Shown here piece after piece: positions 9,209 through 18,976 of a stretch of DNA of 64,000 bases. This DNA comes from an uncultured Clostridia bacterium. Lineage in GTDB: Bacteria > Bacillota > Clostridia > Oscillospirales > Acutalibacteraceae. The translations under genes were made by a program, and so were the position numbers. Each line of letters begins with the position of its first letter. Position 1 is the stretch's first letter. The stretch is taken from the NCBI GenBank assembly GCA_937907605.1, contig CALCYI010000002.1:48852-112851 (forward strand), written 5' to 3'. The notes under the pieces were generated by a model. It was not told where the DNA came from. It saw nothing but the letters and a program-made list of their open reading frames with translations, and did no database searches.

Positions 9209-9652
9209 TTAATATAATTTAAAGATAAACACAATCAGCCCGTAAAGCACGCTCGTGGCGGTGCCGTAGACTATGACGGGACCTGCGATAGAAAACATCT
9301 GCGCGGCGGTGCCGAGGACGTAGCCCTCGTGCTGAAATTCAAGCGCTGGCGCAACGACGGAGTTTGCAAAGCCTGAAATCGGAACGATAGTTCCCGCTCC
9401 CGCGTGGCGCGCGATTTTATCGTACACGCCTATTCCCGTTAAAATTGCGGTAATTACTATTACCGTTGCGGGAGTGGCAAGCTTCCATTCGTCCTCGCTC
9501 ATTCCGAGAGCCTCAAAGAGATAATTCAGAAGCTGCGCAAACAGGCATATTCCCCCTCCGAAAACGAACGCCTTTATACAGTTTAAAAGTATCGGCGAGT
9601 TCGGGCTCGCCTTATCCGTCATTTTTGAATAATCAGATTTAGATATTGACAT
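9209..9652 (-). CDS. spoVAC: Stage V sporulation protein AC
   Basis: KASPNSPILLNCIKAFVFGGGICLFAQLL and GAGTIVPISGFANS match SpoVAC; 147 aa. Confidence 0.8.
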   Translation of the reverse strand: MSISKSDYSKMTDKASPNSPILLNCIKAFVFGGGICLFAQLLNYLFEALGMSEDEWKLATPATVIVITAILTGIGVYDKIARHAGAGTIVPISGFANSVVAPALEFQHEGYVLGTAAQMFSIAGPVIVYGTATSVLYGLIVFIFKLY

Positions 9653-9665
9653 ATCGTCAATTCCC

Positions 9666-9705
9666 CCTTAAACCTTAAACCTTAAATCTAAAACCTTAAA
9701 CCTTA
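9666..9705. repeat. Tandem heptamer array (CCTTAAA x5.7)
   Basis: Read directly. It begins in the spoVAE stop codon (9703-9705) and fills the spoVAE-spoVAC intercistronic gap. Confidence 0.75.
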
Positions 9706-10062
9706 CTTATCTTTCGGCTTCGTCACAAACGCAGTGATAAGCCCCGATATTACCGCGACGGTAACGCCGCCCGCCATAGCGGTAAACGCGCCCGTAAAAA
9801 CGCCCATAAAGCCGTCCTTTGCGACGCTTTCCCTAACTCCCTTTGCAAGCGCGCTTCCGAAACCCGTGAGAGGAATCGTGGCTCCCGCGCCCGCAAAGTC
9901 AATCAGCTTATCATATACTCCGAGCGCGCCGAGCACTACACCGAGGCACACGAAGGTAACGAGTATCCTCGCGGGAGTCATCTTCGTAAGGTCGATAAGT
10001 AGCTGACCTATAACGCATATCGCGCCGCCGACAAGAAACGCCTTTACGCACATTATAAGCAT
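9703..10062 (-). CDS. spoVAE: Stage V sporulation protein AE
   Basis: KAFLVGGAICVIGQLL and DFAGAGATIPLTGFG match SpoVAE; 119 aa. Confidence 0.8.
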   Translation of the reverse strand: MLIMCVKAFLVGGAICVIGQLLIDLTKMTPARILVTFVCLGVVLGALGVYDKLIDFAGAGATIPLTGFGSALAKGVRESVAKDGFMGVFTGAFTAMAGGVTVAVISGLITAFVTKPKDK

Positions 10063-10112
10063 AAAAAATCACCCGTTGCTATTCTTAACAGCAACGGGTT
10101 AAATTATACATA

Positions 10113-11552
10113 CTATCTTTTAATCCATACCCTTGGGTTAAAGAGCATTAACACGGGGAAAACCTCAAGCCTGCCCGCGAGCATATCAAAGATGAAAACG
10201 TACTTTGAAAGCGGGGTGAAGAAGCTGAAAGATTCGCTCGGTCCCGCCATATTCATACCCGGACCGATATTATTAATAGTCGCGAGCACGGCGGAGAAAT
10301 TAGTCGCGTAGTCGTTGCCCTCGATTGAAACGAGCAGGAGCGAAACGATGAAAATAATAACGAACGCGAAGAAGTACATACTCGTTGAGCGCACAAGGTT
10401 ATCGCTGAGTGTATTTCCGTCCATTTTTATTTTCTTAACGCTCTTTGGGTGAACGTAGGAATGAAACTCCTTAACGAGCGTTTTACTCATAATAACGAAG
10501 CGCGAAATCTTCGTACCGCCGCCCGTGCTTCCCGAGCATGCGCCCACCGTCATAAGAAGCAGGAATATAGTCTTTGAAAGCGACGGGAACGCGTCGTAAT
10601 CGTAGGTCGTAAAGCCAGTTGAGGTCATGAGCGACGAAACCTGGAACGCCGCCGTTCTGATTGCGTCGGACACGTTTGAAAAGAGGTGAAGCGTATTAAG
10701 CGTAACAACCGCCGTTGCGGCGAGGATTGCGCCGATATAGTACCTAACCTCCTCTATCGCAAGTGCCTTTTTAACCTGGCGGAGAAGGAGGAAATAGTAA
10801 AGGTTGAAGTTAATTCCAAAGAATATCATAAAGATTGCAACAACCCACTGAACGTAAGGAGAATATGAGGCGAGGGAGTCCGCCTTTATACCGAAGCCGC
10901 CCGTGCCCGCCGTTGCAATTGATGTGCAAAGCGCGTCGAAAAGCGGCATTTTACCGACAGCAAGGAAGATGAACTCAAGCACGGTAATAACGAGGTAGAT
11001 TACATACAGCCAACGTGCAGTTTCCTTCATCTTAGGAACGAGCTTTCCTACCGAGGGACCCGGGCTCTCCGCCTTCATAAGATTAATGTTTGAGCCTCCC
11101 GCGAGCGGAACAACCGCCATAATGAACACGAGCACGCCCATACCGCCTATCCAGTGCGTAAGCGAACGCCAGAGCAGCGCGGTATGCGAAAGCGCCTCAA
11201 CGTCGTCGAGTATCGACGAGCCCGTAGTGGTAAAGCCCGATACGGTCTCAAAAAGCGCGTCGGTAAAGCTCGGTATTTCCTTAGTTATAAGGAAGGGTAA
11301 GCACCCGAAAAGCGAAAGCACTATCCACGAAAGCGCAGTCGCAACGCAGCCCTCCTTAAGATAGAAAACCGTTTTCTTAGGCTTAGGTATGGCAAGCGCG
11401 CCGCCGACTGCAAGACAAATCCCCGCTACGATGATATAGGCATAGCCCTGCTCCTCGTGATAGATAATCGAGATTATCCACGGCGCGAGCAGCAGCGCAG
11501 ACTCAAGCACTAAGACGTAGCCTAATATTCTTCTGATAATTGATAAATTCAT
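10113..11552 (-). CDS. trkH: TrkH-family potassium uptake membrane subunit
   Basis: Polytopic 479-aa protein with repeated TTTGF/TAGTGGFG selector-like motifs, adjacent to trkA. Confidence 0.8.
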   Translation of the reverse strand: MNLSIIRRILGYVLVLESALLLAPWIISIIYHEEQGYAYIIVAGICLAVGGALAIPKPKKTVFYLKEGCVATALSWIVLSLFGCLPFLITKEIPSFTDALFETVSGFTTTGSSILDDVEALSHTALLWRSLTHWIGGMGVLVFIMAVVPLAGGSNINLMKAESPGPSVGKLVPKMKETARWLYVIYLVITVLEFIFLAVGKMPLFDALCTSIATAGTGGFGIKADSLASYSPYVQWVVAIFMIFFGINFNLYYFLLLRQVKKALAIEEVRYYIGAILAATAVVTLNTLHLFSNVSDAIRTAAFQVSSLMTSTGFTTYDYDAFPSLSKTIFLLLMTVGACSGSTGGGTKISRFVIMSKTLVKEFHSYVHPKSVKKIKMDGNTLSDNLVRSTSMYFFAFVIIFIVSLLLVSIEGNDYATNFSAVLATINNIGPGMNMAGPSESFSFFTPLSKYVFIFDMLAGRLEVFPVLMLFNPRVWIKR

Positions 11553-11562
11553 AGCTTATTAC

Positions 11563-12951
11563 TTAGTCTAAAATATCATTAATATCCACAAAGCCTATGT
11601 GAGTCGTAACAATCATTACGGTATCACCGGGCTTTATTTCGTCGGTACCTGAGGGAATTATAATCTTCCCGTGGCGGTTAATGAACGAAATCAGAACGTC
11701 GTCCCTTATATTAAGGTCCTTGAGCGGAATGTTCGTAAGCTTTTTGAAGTCCTCATCAACCTTAAATTCAATAGCCTCAACCCTCTGCTCGAACATATAC
11801 GAAAGGGTTTCGATATTGCTTGAACGGGAGGCTGATTTAGCCCTTACGTAGCCTATAATCGCCTCAGCGGTGATATAGCGCGGATAGAGCACGGAGCCGA
11901 GGTCGAGCTTATTAATAACGTCGTCGAACGCAAGGCGCTTAATCTTGGTAATTACCTTTGCGTCAACCTTGGAATGCTGCTTTGCGTAAAGGGTTAATAG
12001 CACGTTCTCCTCGTCCATACCCGTGAGGGATACAAAGGATTCAACGTCCTCGATTCCCTCCTCCTTAAGCAGACTCTCGTCCGTTGCGTCGCCGTTAATA
12101 ATAACAGCTTTGGGAAGAAGCTCGCCGAGCCTTTCGCACCTTGCCTCGTTCTTTTCAATAATCTTTACGTCAACGCCGATATGAAGAAGCTGCTTTGCAA
12201 GGTAGTAAGCCGACGTACCGCCGCCCGCGATTAAGCAGTTTTTAACCTGATGGGTTTTAGCACCAACGGTCTTAAAGAAATTCTTAGCCGTTTTCCTCGG
12301 CGCTACGAAGGACACCATATCCTCAGCCTTAAGGACGAAATCGCCCCTCGGGATATGCACCTTGCCCTTACGCTCAACCGCGCAGATAAGCACGTTATCA
12401 GTCTTTGCGCCGATTTCACGCACGCTGATACCGTCGAGCATAGTGCCGCAGCGTACCTTAAACTTAATATGCTCCGCCTGTCCGTGAGCAAAGGTATCGA
12501 CCTCAAGCGCGGTTGGCAGGGATAAAATCCTTACCATTTCGCGCGAAGCCTCAAGCTCAGGGTTAATAATCATCGCAAGCCCGAGCTTCTCCTGAAGATA
12601 GCCGATTTCAATAGAGTAGTCGGGGTCCCTTACCCTCGCGATTGCGGCACATTCAGCAACGCGCCTTGCAACCGTACAGCAAAGGAGGTTGAGCTCGTCG
12701 GACTCAGTAACGGCGATAATGAGGTTAGTATCCTTAATACCCGCCTCAATCTGTACGCCGAAGGACGCGCCGTTCCCGACTACGCCCATAATGTCGTAAA
12801 GCTCCGTAAGCTCCGCAACCTTGGCGGCGTCCTTGTCAATAATCGTAATATCGTGTCCCTCCGCGGAAAGCTGCTCAACGAGGGTTGAGCCTACTCTGCC
12901 GCAGCCTACGATAATAATATTCAAGCCTTTCGCTTTCTTCTGACCAAACAT
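11563..12951 (-). CDS. trkA: Trk system potassium uptake protein TrkA (double RCK)
   Basis: Two NAD-binding GxGxxG segments (IIVGCGRVG, IAGGGTSAY), each followed by an RCK-C region. Confidence 0.85.
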   Translation of the reverse strand: MFGQKKAKGLNIIIVGCGRVGSTLVEQLSAEGHDITIIDKDAAKVAELTELYDIMGVVGNGASFGVQIEAGIKDTNLIIAVTESDELNLLCCTVARRVAECAAIARVRDPDYSIEIGYLQEKLGLAMIINPELEASREMVRILSLPTALEVDTFAHGQAEHIKFKVRCGTMLDGISVREIGAKTDNVLICAVERKGKVHIPRGDFVLKAEDMVSFVAPRKTAKNFFKTVGAKTHQVKNCLIAGGGTSAYYLAKQLLHIGVDVKIIEKNEARCERLGELLPKAVIINGDATDESLLKEEGIEDVESFVSLTGMDEENVLLTLYAKQHSKVDAKVITKIKRLAFDDVINKLDLGSVLYPRYITAEAIIGYVRAKSASRSSNIETLSYMFEQRVEAIEFKVDEDFKKLTNIPLKDLNIRDDVLISFINRHGKIIIPSGTDEIKPGDTVMIVTTHIGFVDINDILD

Positions 12952-13018
12952 ATTTAATCCTCTTATTAATTAAAAGTATAATTAATATAGCACTTGTAAA
13001 TACAAAATTCAAGACTAT

Positions 13019-14392
13019 TTATTCATAAAAGCCTATATCGCGTATTACGGGATTACTCCTTGACTGGCGTATAATTATCAGCGCGCCGACTGCGCTGCCC
13101 TTGAGCTCAATGATTTTCCTCATACCGATTACGGTACCCGAATACGCCCTTTTATACTTACCGTTTGGCTTGAGCAGGTAGAGGTCAAATTTTTCGACTC
13201 TCTGTCCTTTGGTGATGTCCTCGCGCAGTACGCAGTATTTAAGCTTTTTCGGAGAGTTGAACTTAAACTCAATAAAGCCGTCGGTGTCCTTAAGCTCTCC
13301 GAAGGTCTGGGAAATAACGGGATTTTCGTATATCGCGTTTATCTTCTCGCCGAGCTTTTTTAGCCTACGCCTGTCCTTAAAGGGAATAACGCCCTTTCTG
13401 CTCGGCGGTACGTTAAGGAGTAAAAACGAGTTATTGCCCACGCTGTTCAGATATATATCAAAGAGCTTCCCTGCGCTCTTAACCTTGCCGCCGCCCGGGT
13501 GGAACCAGCCCTTGCGTATTGAAACGTCAACCTCCGCGGGATACCATTTAAGATACTGATTTCCCTTAAGCACCTCGCGCGAGCCCAAATCCTCGTCGGA
13601 GGATTTAATCTGCTGGAGCGCAGCCGCGCCCTCGGCGGTCTGCTGGGAGTGCTTTTGAACGGTCTCCGCGACGGTGAGGTATTCGGGTACTACGCAGTAT
13701 TCGCTCTTCCTCGCCTTGCCCGCTTCGTTACCTACCCAGCGCACGTCGGGGCCGCAGATAGCGATAGCCGCCTCGGGCTGAAGCGTCCTTACGAGCTTAT
13801 AGTACCTGTCCCAGTCGTAAGTGAAATCCTTTGCCACCGCGCCCTTTGCGCCGTCAAACCAGACCTCGAAAATCTCGCCGTAGTCCGTGAGAAGCTCGGT
13901 AAGCTGACGGCAGAAGAAATCGTTATACATGGGCTCTCCGTAGCTCTTTTCGTGCATATCCCACGGGGAGAGGTAAACTCCGAATTTAAGTCCCTCACCG
14001 TCGCAGGCGTTCTTTACCGCGCGGACTATATCAAGGGAGATTTCCGCGTTCATAGAATTAAAGCGCGTAGTGCCCGTGTCCCACAGGCAGAAGCCGTCGT
14101 GGTGCTTACAGGTGAGAATAACGCCGCTCGCGCCCGAGGCTTTAATCGCCCTCGCCCATTGGTCAGGTCTGATTTTAAGTATGTCAAAATCGGAGAGCTG
14201 CTCCGTGGCGTTGCCCCATTCCCTGCCCGTTGCGGTATTCATACCGAAGTGGATAAAGCAGTAAAAGGGCTCGTCCGCCTTTTCAGCCTGCGCCTTTGTG
14301 GGCAGAACGGATAAATACCGCTCCACCTCTTCGTCAAACAGCGGATAGCCGTTATTCTTAGTCGTCCAGTTTTCATCAAGCCTGAGTTTCAT
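13019..14392 (-). CDS. Alpha-L-fucosidase (GH29)
   Basis: FIHFGMNTATGREWG, KHHDGFCLWDT and YLSPWD motifs. Start placed at MKLRLDENW (14392), a 17-nt overlap with the MATE gene. Confidence 0.7.
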   Translation of the reverse strand: MKLRLDENWTTKNNGYPLFDEEVERYLSVLPTKAQAEKADEPFYCFIHFGMNTATGREWGNATEQLSDFDILKIRPDQWARAIKASGASGVILTCKHHDGFCLWDTGTTRFNSMNAEISLDIVRAVKNACDGEGLKFGVYLSPWDMHEKSYGEPMYNDFFCRQLTELLTDYGEIFEVWFDGAKGAVAKDFTYDWDRYYKLVRTLQPEAAIAICGPDVRWVGNEAGKARKSEYCVVPEYLTVAETVQKHSQQTAEGAAALQQIKSSDEDLGSREVLKGNQYLKWYPAEVDVSIRKGWFHPGGGKVKSAGKLFDIYLNSVGNNSFLLLNVPPSRKGVIPFKDRRRLKKLGEKINAIYENPVISQTFGELKDTDGFIEFKFNSPKKLKYCVLREDITKGQRVEKFDLYLLKPNGKYKRAYSGTVIGMRKIIELKGSAVGALIIIRQSRSNPVIRDIGFYE

Positions 14393-15743
14393 ACTTTTTA
14401 CCCTTTGTTTTATAATATAGCCTTGCAAGGAAGATAATTCCCCTGAAGCAAAGCTCAATCGTCATAGCAATCCATACGCCCTTAAGCCCGAGCCTCGGTG
14501 CGAGAAAAGCGGAGAGCGAAATCCTCATGCCCCACATACTCAGCAGGTTCATAAAGCTCGGAACGAGGGTATCGCCCATTCCCCTGAATACGCCCGTTGC
14601 GACTATTGAGGCGGCGAAAAGCGGCTCCGCAAAAAGCTCTATTCTCAGTACCTCTGAGCCGAGGGAGTATATTTCGGGAACGGGAGTTAAAAGCCTCATC
14701 ATAGACGGCGTGATAATATACATAAGCACGCCCGTAAGCCCCATTAAAGTCATACCGAAGAAGGTCGTAATCCAGCTTATGCGCCGCGTTAAGTCGCTAC
14801 GCTTTGCGCCAATGGTCTGGCCAATCAGCGCGGTGGAGGCTGAGGCGATACCGTAGCCGGGCATATAGCACAGCCCCTCGGCAGTAACGGCAAGCGAATG
14901 AGCTGCCACGGATACCGAGCCGAGCGGCGAGATAATCCGCGTACTCATAACGTAAGCGGAGGACATAATCATCTGCTCAAGACCTACAGGGAACGCAATT
15001 TTAAACGCGCGCTTCAGCTCCTCGCCTACTAAACAAAAGCCCTCCCCTTTTCTTAGATGAAGCGCAGGAGATTTTACCAAAAGCGAATACGCCATCGGAA
15101 TTGCAATCGTAACTTCGGACAGCGCCGTACCGATAGCAGCGCCCGTAACGCCGAGATGAAGGACGTAGATAAAAATATAATTATAGCCGATATCGAGCAC
15201 GCACATAAGGCTTTCGAGAATACCCGGCGTACGCATATTACCCGTGCTTTCAAGCATACCCGCCGCAATGAAATGCAACATCATAAACGGGTGGGAAAGC
15301 ATAATAATCAGAAAATAGCTTGAAGCGTCCTTTAATACTGCTTCCTCGCCGCCGAGCCACACGGGCAGAAAGCGGTGAATCGCAACCCCAATCAGCGTCA
15401 GAACGGCGCTGAAAAGAAAGGATATCAGCAAGCCCTGCTTCATAATCCGCCTTGCACCCGCCTCGTCGCCCGCGCCGATTTTTTGCGACACCTGGACGCT
15501 AAAACCGATTACGGCGGAATTACACAGCCCGCCGAAGAGCCAGGTCGTAGAGGACACCAGCCCGATGGCTGCCGTGGCGTTGCCGCCGAGATGGCCGACC
15601 ATCGCGGCGTCCAGATATTCCATTACGATAATGGAAATCTGGGCAAGTATCGTAGGGATACTCAAGCGCACGGTCAGCGCTAAAAGACGGTTCGTTTTAA
15701 ATTCTGCGCCCTCGCGCATTTTAATTAAATAGTCGTTGTTCAA
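14376..15743 (-). CDS. MATE family efflux transporter
   Basis: 12-TM, 455-aa protein with a typical MATE N-terminus (LALTVRLSIPTILAQISIIVMEYLDAAMVGHLG). Confidence 0.8.
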   Translation of the reverse strand: MNNDYLIKMREGAEFKTNRLLALTVRLSIPTILAQISIIVMEYLDAAMVGHLGGNATAAIGLVSSTTWLFGGLCNSAVIGFSVQVSQKIGAGDEAGARRIMKQGLLISFLFSAVLTLIGVAIHRFLPVWLGGEEAVLKDASSYFLIIMLSHPFMMLHFIAAGMLESTGNMRTPGILESLMCVLDIGYNYIFIYVLHLGVTGAAIGTALSEVTIAIPMAYSLLVKSPALHLRKGEGFCLVGEELKRAFKIAFPVGLEQMIMSSAYVMSTRIISPLGSVSVAAHSLAVTAEGLCYMPGYGIASASTALIGQTIGAKRSDLTRRISWITTFFGMTLMGLTGVLMYIITPSMMRLLTPVPEIYSLGSEVLRIELFAEPLFAASIVATGVFRGMGDTLVPSFMNLLSMWGMRISLSAFLAPRLGLKGVWIAMTIELCFRGIIFLARLYYKTKGKKYETQA

Positions 15744-15747
15744 AGTA

Positions 15748-18700
15748 TTAATGTCCTGTAGTTTCTATCGTTCTCGTTGCGTAATGCCTCGTCGGCTGTT
15801 CAATACGCTTACCGTTTTTGCCGTTGTTGTTATGGCGTATAAAGTCGTCCTTGTCGTTTAAATTCCATACAAGCTTTGAATTGAAATACCAGAGTTTTTC
15901 CTCAAAGCTCTTTTTAAAGGTAAACGGTCTGTTGTTCTCAATTCTGTCAAAGAGCGGCGTTACGAGCTCAAAATCGCGCCCGTCAAGCTCCGTCGCGGCA
16001 AGAATAACGATATCGCTGTCGACGGGAAGCTCGGTCGGTCGGTCAAGGATTTTAACCCAGTAGTAAAGTCCCTTTGCAAACTTAGTGTTCCCCTTATGGT
16101 CAAGGCAGTGGGTGAACTCGTAGCCGAGCCGTCCGTCCTTGATATACGCCGTCTCGCAGAAATCGTATAAATCCCAGCGCGCGTAAGCCTCGTGCGCGTC
16201 GTTAACAAATTCATTACCGCAAAAGTTGGTACAAAGCAGAGCCGTACCCGCGCCGAAGGTCTGTCCCGCCGCAGTCATCTCGCGGTCTGTTATATTAAAG
16301 TCAATTCCGCACGCCCTGATTTTATCAACCTTAAGCGTTTTCGGAATAATCGTATTTGCGTTATACTCAAGCTCAAGCGGAGTCTGCACGGGCTTTTCGC
16401 CCTTTACGGCGCTCTCCTTAAGCGAAAACACGAAGGTTTTGACTTCGTAGGGCTTAAAGTCGCAGATAAGCTTGCCGTTTTCAACCCTTGCTTCGCCCCT
16501 GTATTCCTCGCTGCCCCACGCCTCATAGGCACTTTCAATCCCCTCGCCAAGCGTAAAGGTAAAGTCCTTTACATATTTGTTAGTACCCTCGTTAAAGCGG
16601 ACTACGTACTCCGCCTTATAGCTATGGTGCTTTTTCTTTATACAGCGTACTATAACGCCATTATCGCTGACGCTTCCGAAGGAATACTCGCTGCCGAGCA
16701 CGCCCTCGTGCTTTGAGAATTTAACGGCGGCAAGCGGAGAAGTAAACTTCCTCGCTTCAAGCTGAGTGCCCTCTCCTACGTCTCCGTCGTGGGAGTAAAT
16801 AGCGTAGGAGTAAAGGTTAAGCCCTAAATCCATCATCGACTGCATTGAGTCAATGCGGTAATTCTTCTTAGGCGTATGGAGTACGGTAAGGCGTAGCGTG
16901 TTATCACTGAACTTGTCCCAGCCGTGCTTACACTCGCTGATAACGGAAACGCCGAATTCCCCGCTCTTATCCGTAATATCCGCCCACTTCTGCGCGGGAA
17001 CCTCAAAGAGCTTTTCGCTCATATTCTTCCTCTTAATAGCGCCGAGCCCGAGGTCAAAGGTCGCCTGCCCGTTTTCGGCGGTAAAGGAAAATACGTTCTT
17101 TGCGAGAGTTCTCATACTCTGCCATTCAATTTCGCTGTAAACCTCAACGCACTCGCCCCCGTCGGTAAGGCAGATATAATTTTTAAAGGTACTCTTTTTG
17201 TCCTTCTGAATAACCTCAAAGGTAATTCTTGCGGGACCGTTTTCAACGATTTTGAGCGACTCAAGCTCAGGTATACGGTCGGGCTCCTTATCAGCCTCTT
17301 TATAGTTCATCTCCCACGCAGGCCAGTCCTTTGAGCCCGTGTAGTTAAAGAGCCCGAGGACTATCGGCGCTGAGAGAAGCTCCCTTTGCGCCCTCTTATC
17401 TATAATCGAGGCTATGTCGCCGTTGTCGTTAAGGGTGATTTTATACTTTTCGTTCTCCGCGGTTTTACCGTTAACGGAAAGGCTACTTTCAACCTTTGAA
17501 ACCCTCGTGCTTTCGCGCACGTCGTACACACGCAGGGAGAGCGGCTCAAGCTCAGCCTTGAAAATAAGCGCTTTAACCCCGCCCGCGTCGTCGATAATCT
17601 GAGAGGCGGTTTCGTTCCCGTCGCTGTCAAAAACGCGCAGATAATTTGTTTTAACGTTCTTAAGCTCGATTTTAACGAGCCCCGTGCGTTTTGCCTCAAG
17701 GGAGTTAAAAACGAGCACAGGCGTACCCTTACAGAACGAGGAGTCCATAAGCGATGAAGCGCGACCGAGCGCGTTTTCAAGCTCGCTGCTGAACTGATTA
17801 ATGCTGAGCGCGTAATCGTTCCAGCTCCTTCTGTATACTCTCTGGCAGGAGGTTCCGGGCGTGTCGTCGTGGAACTGGTGCGCTATCGGGCGCTTCCATG
17901 CCTTGAGCAATACTTCCTCGTTATAGTCGGAAACGCCGAGGTATTCAGCCATAACGCTGCTTCTTTCAGCCATATCGCCGAGCTCCTGACATTTGGCGTT
18001 CCATCGCTTTCCGATTGCCCTCGAGGTGTAGCCGCCGACCCCGTGGTTTTGCATAATAAGCTCGGTTTTCCACACGGGGAGCGAGCCCTTCACTCTCTCG
18101 GGAAGGGTTTCCATATCGCGAAAGATTTGGTCAGCCGAAGCTGCGATTACCTCAATATCGCTTTCATTATTTTTCTTTATCTCGCCTTCGACGAACTTAA
18201 CGGTAGCCTCCTGCGGAGCGCCGCCCCTGTCGCCGATACCGTGGAAAATATACGTCATATCAAGACCGTATTTTTCATTCTCCTTAAGCTTATTCTGTAC
18301 GAAATCCCAGTCGCGAAGCTTAGTGAGGGTGAAGTAATAATCGTGCGGGTTACAGGAGGCGTAAATGCTCTCCCCGTCAACGCCCTCCCACCTTCCGAGG
18401 TCGAAGGGTACGCCGTAGGCGCTGCCCCACGCGAGCTTCTGGGTAGTGAAGCCGAGGAGGTGTGCGTGATGAGCAATGCTCGGGAGCGCCCAGCCGAAGC
18501 CGAAGCAGTCGGGCAGGTAAATATCGCAGGAGCGCTTGCCGAACTTTTCGTCAAAATATGAATTGCCTATCAGGATATTCCTGAATAGCGCCTCGGGGGA
18601 CGGACAGTTTACGTCGCCGTTTTCAAACGCGGAGCCCGTCACGTTCCAGCGCCCGTCGGCTATGTAGCCCTTGAGCTCCTCGAAAAGCTCGGGATAATAC

Positions 18701-18879
18701 TCCTCCATAAGCTCATAGCGGTACGAGCCCTCAAAGGAGAAAACGTAGCTCGGATACTTTTTTAAAAGAGCAAAGTTTTCAACGAGCGTGTTATAGATGT
18801 ACTTACTCGTAGTGGTCTCAAAATCCCATGACCACACGGTATCAAGGTGGGAGGTCGCAACGGTATAAATCTTTTTCAT
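15748..18879 (-). CDS. Alpha-mannosidase (GH38)
   Basis: SHLDTVWSW, HGIGDRGGAP and QFHDDTPGTS motifs; 1043 aa. Confidence 0.75.
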   Translation of the reverse strand: MKKIYTVATSHLDTVWSWDFETTTSKYIYNTLVENFALLKKYPSYVFSFEGSYRYELMEEYYPELFEELKGYIADGRWNVTGSAFENGDVNCPSPEALFRNILIGNSYFDEKFGKRSCDIYLPDCFGFGWALPSIAHHAHLLGFTTQKLAWGSAYGVPFDLGRWEGVDGESIYASCNPHDYYFTLTKLRDWDFVQNKLKENEKYGLDMTYIFHGIGDRGGAPQEATVKFVEGEIKKNNESDIEVIAASADQIFRDMETLPERVKGSLPVWKTELIMQNHGVGGYTSRAIGKRWNAKCQELGDMAERSSVMAEYLGVSDYNEEVLLKAWKRPIAHQFHDDTPGTSCQRVYRRSWNDYALSINQFSSELENALGRASSLMDSSFCKGTPVLVFNSLEAKRTGLVKIELKNVKTNYLRVFDSDGNETASQIIDDAGGVKALIFKAELEPLSLRVYDVRESTRVSKVESSLSVNGKTAENEKYKITLNDNGDIASIIDKRAQRELLSAPIVLGLFNYTGSKDWPAWEMNYKEADKEPDRIPELESLKIVENGPARITFEVIQKDKKSTFKNYICLTDGGECVEVYSEIEWQSMRTLAKNVFSFTAENGQATFDLGLGAIKRKNMSEKLFEVPAQKWADITDKSGEFGVSVISECKHGWDKFSDNTLRLTVLHTPKKNYRIDSMQSMMDLGLNLYSYAIYSHDGDVGEGTQLEARKFTSPLAAVKFSKHEGVLGSEYSFGSVSDNGVIVRCIKKKHHSYKAEYVVRFNEGTNKYVKDFTFTLGEGIESAYEAWGSEEYRGEARVENGKLICDFKPYEVKTFVFSLKESAVKGEKPVQTPLELEYNANTIIPKTLKVDKIRACGIDFNITDREMTAAGQTFGAGTALLCTNFCGNEFVNDAHEAYARWDLYDFCETAYIKDGRLGYEFTHCLDHKGNTKFAKGLYYWVKILDRPTELPVDSDIVILAATELDGRDFELVTPLFDRIENNRPFTFKKSFEEKLWYFNSKLVWNLNDKDDFIRHNNNGKNGKRIEQPTRHYATRTIETTGH

Positions 18880-18937
18880 AAATATACCCTCCTGTAGTTT
18901 GTACCTATATTATATTCTATTTATAAGAAGTAATCAA

Positions 18938-18970
18938 TAAAAAAATAAACGGAGCCCGAGGACTCCGTTT
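18938..18970 (-). terminator. Rho-independent terminator of the P-type ATPase gene
   Basis: AAACGGAG-loop-CTCCGTTT stem followed by a T-run on the minus strand. Confidence 0.65.
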
Positions 18971-18976
18971 AAACAA

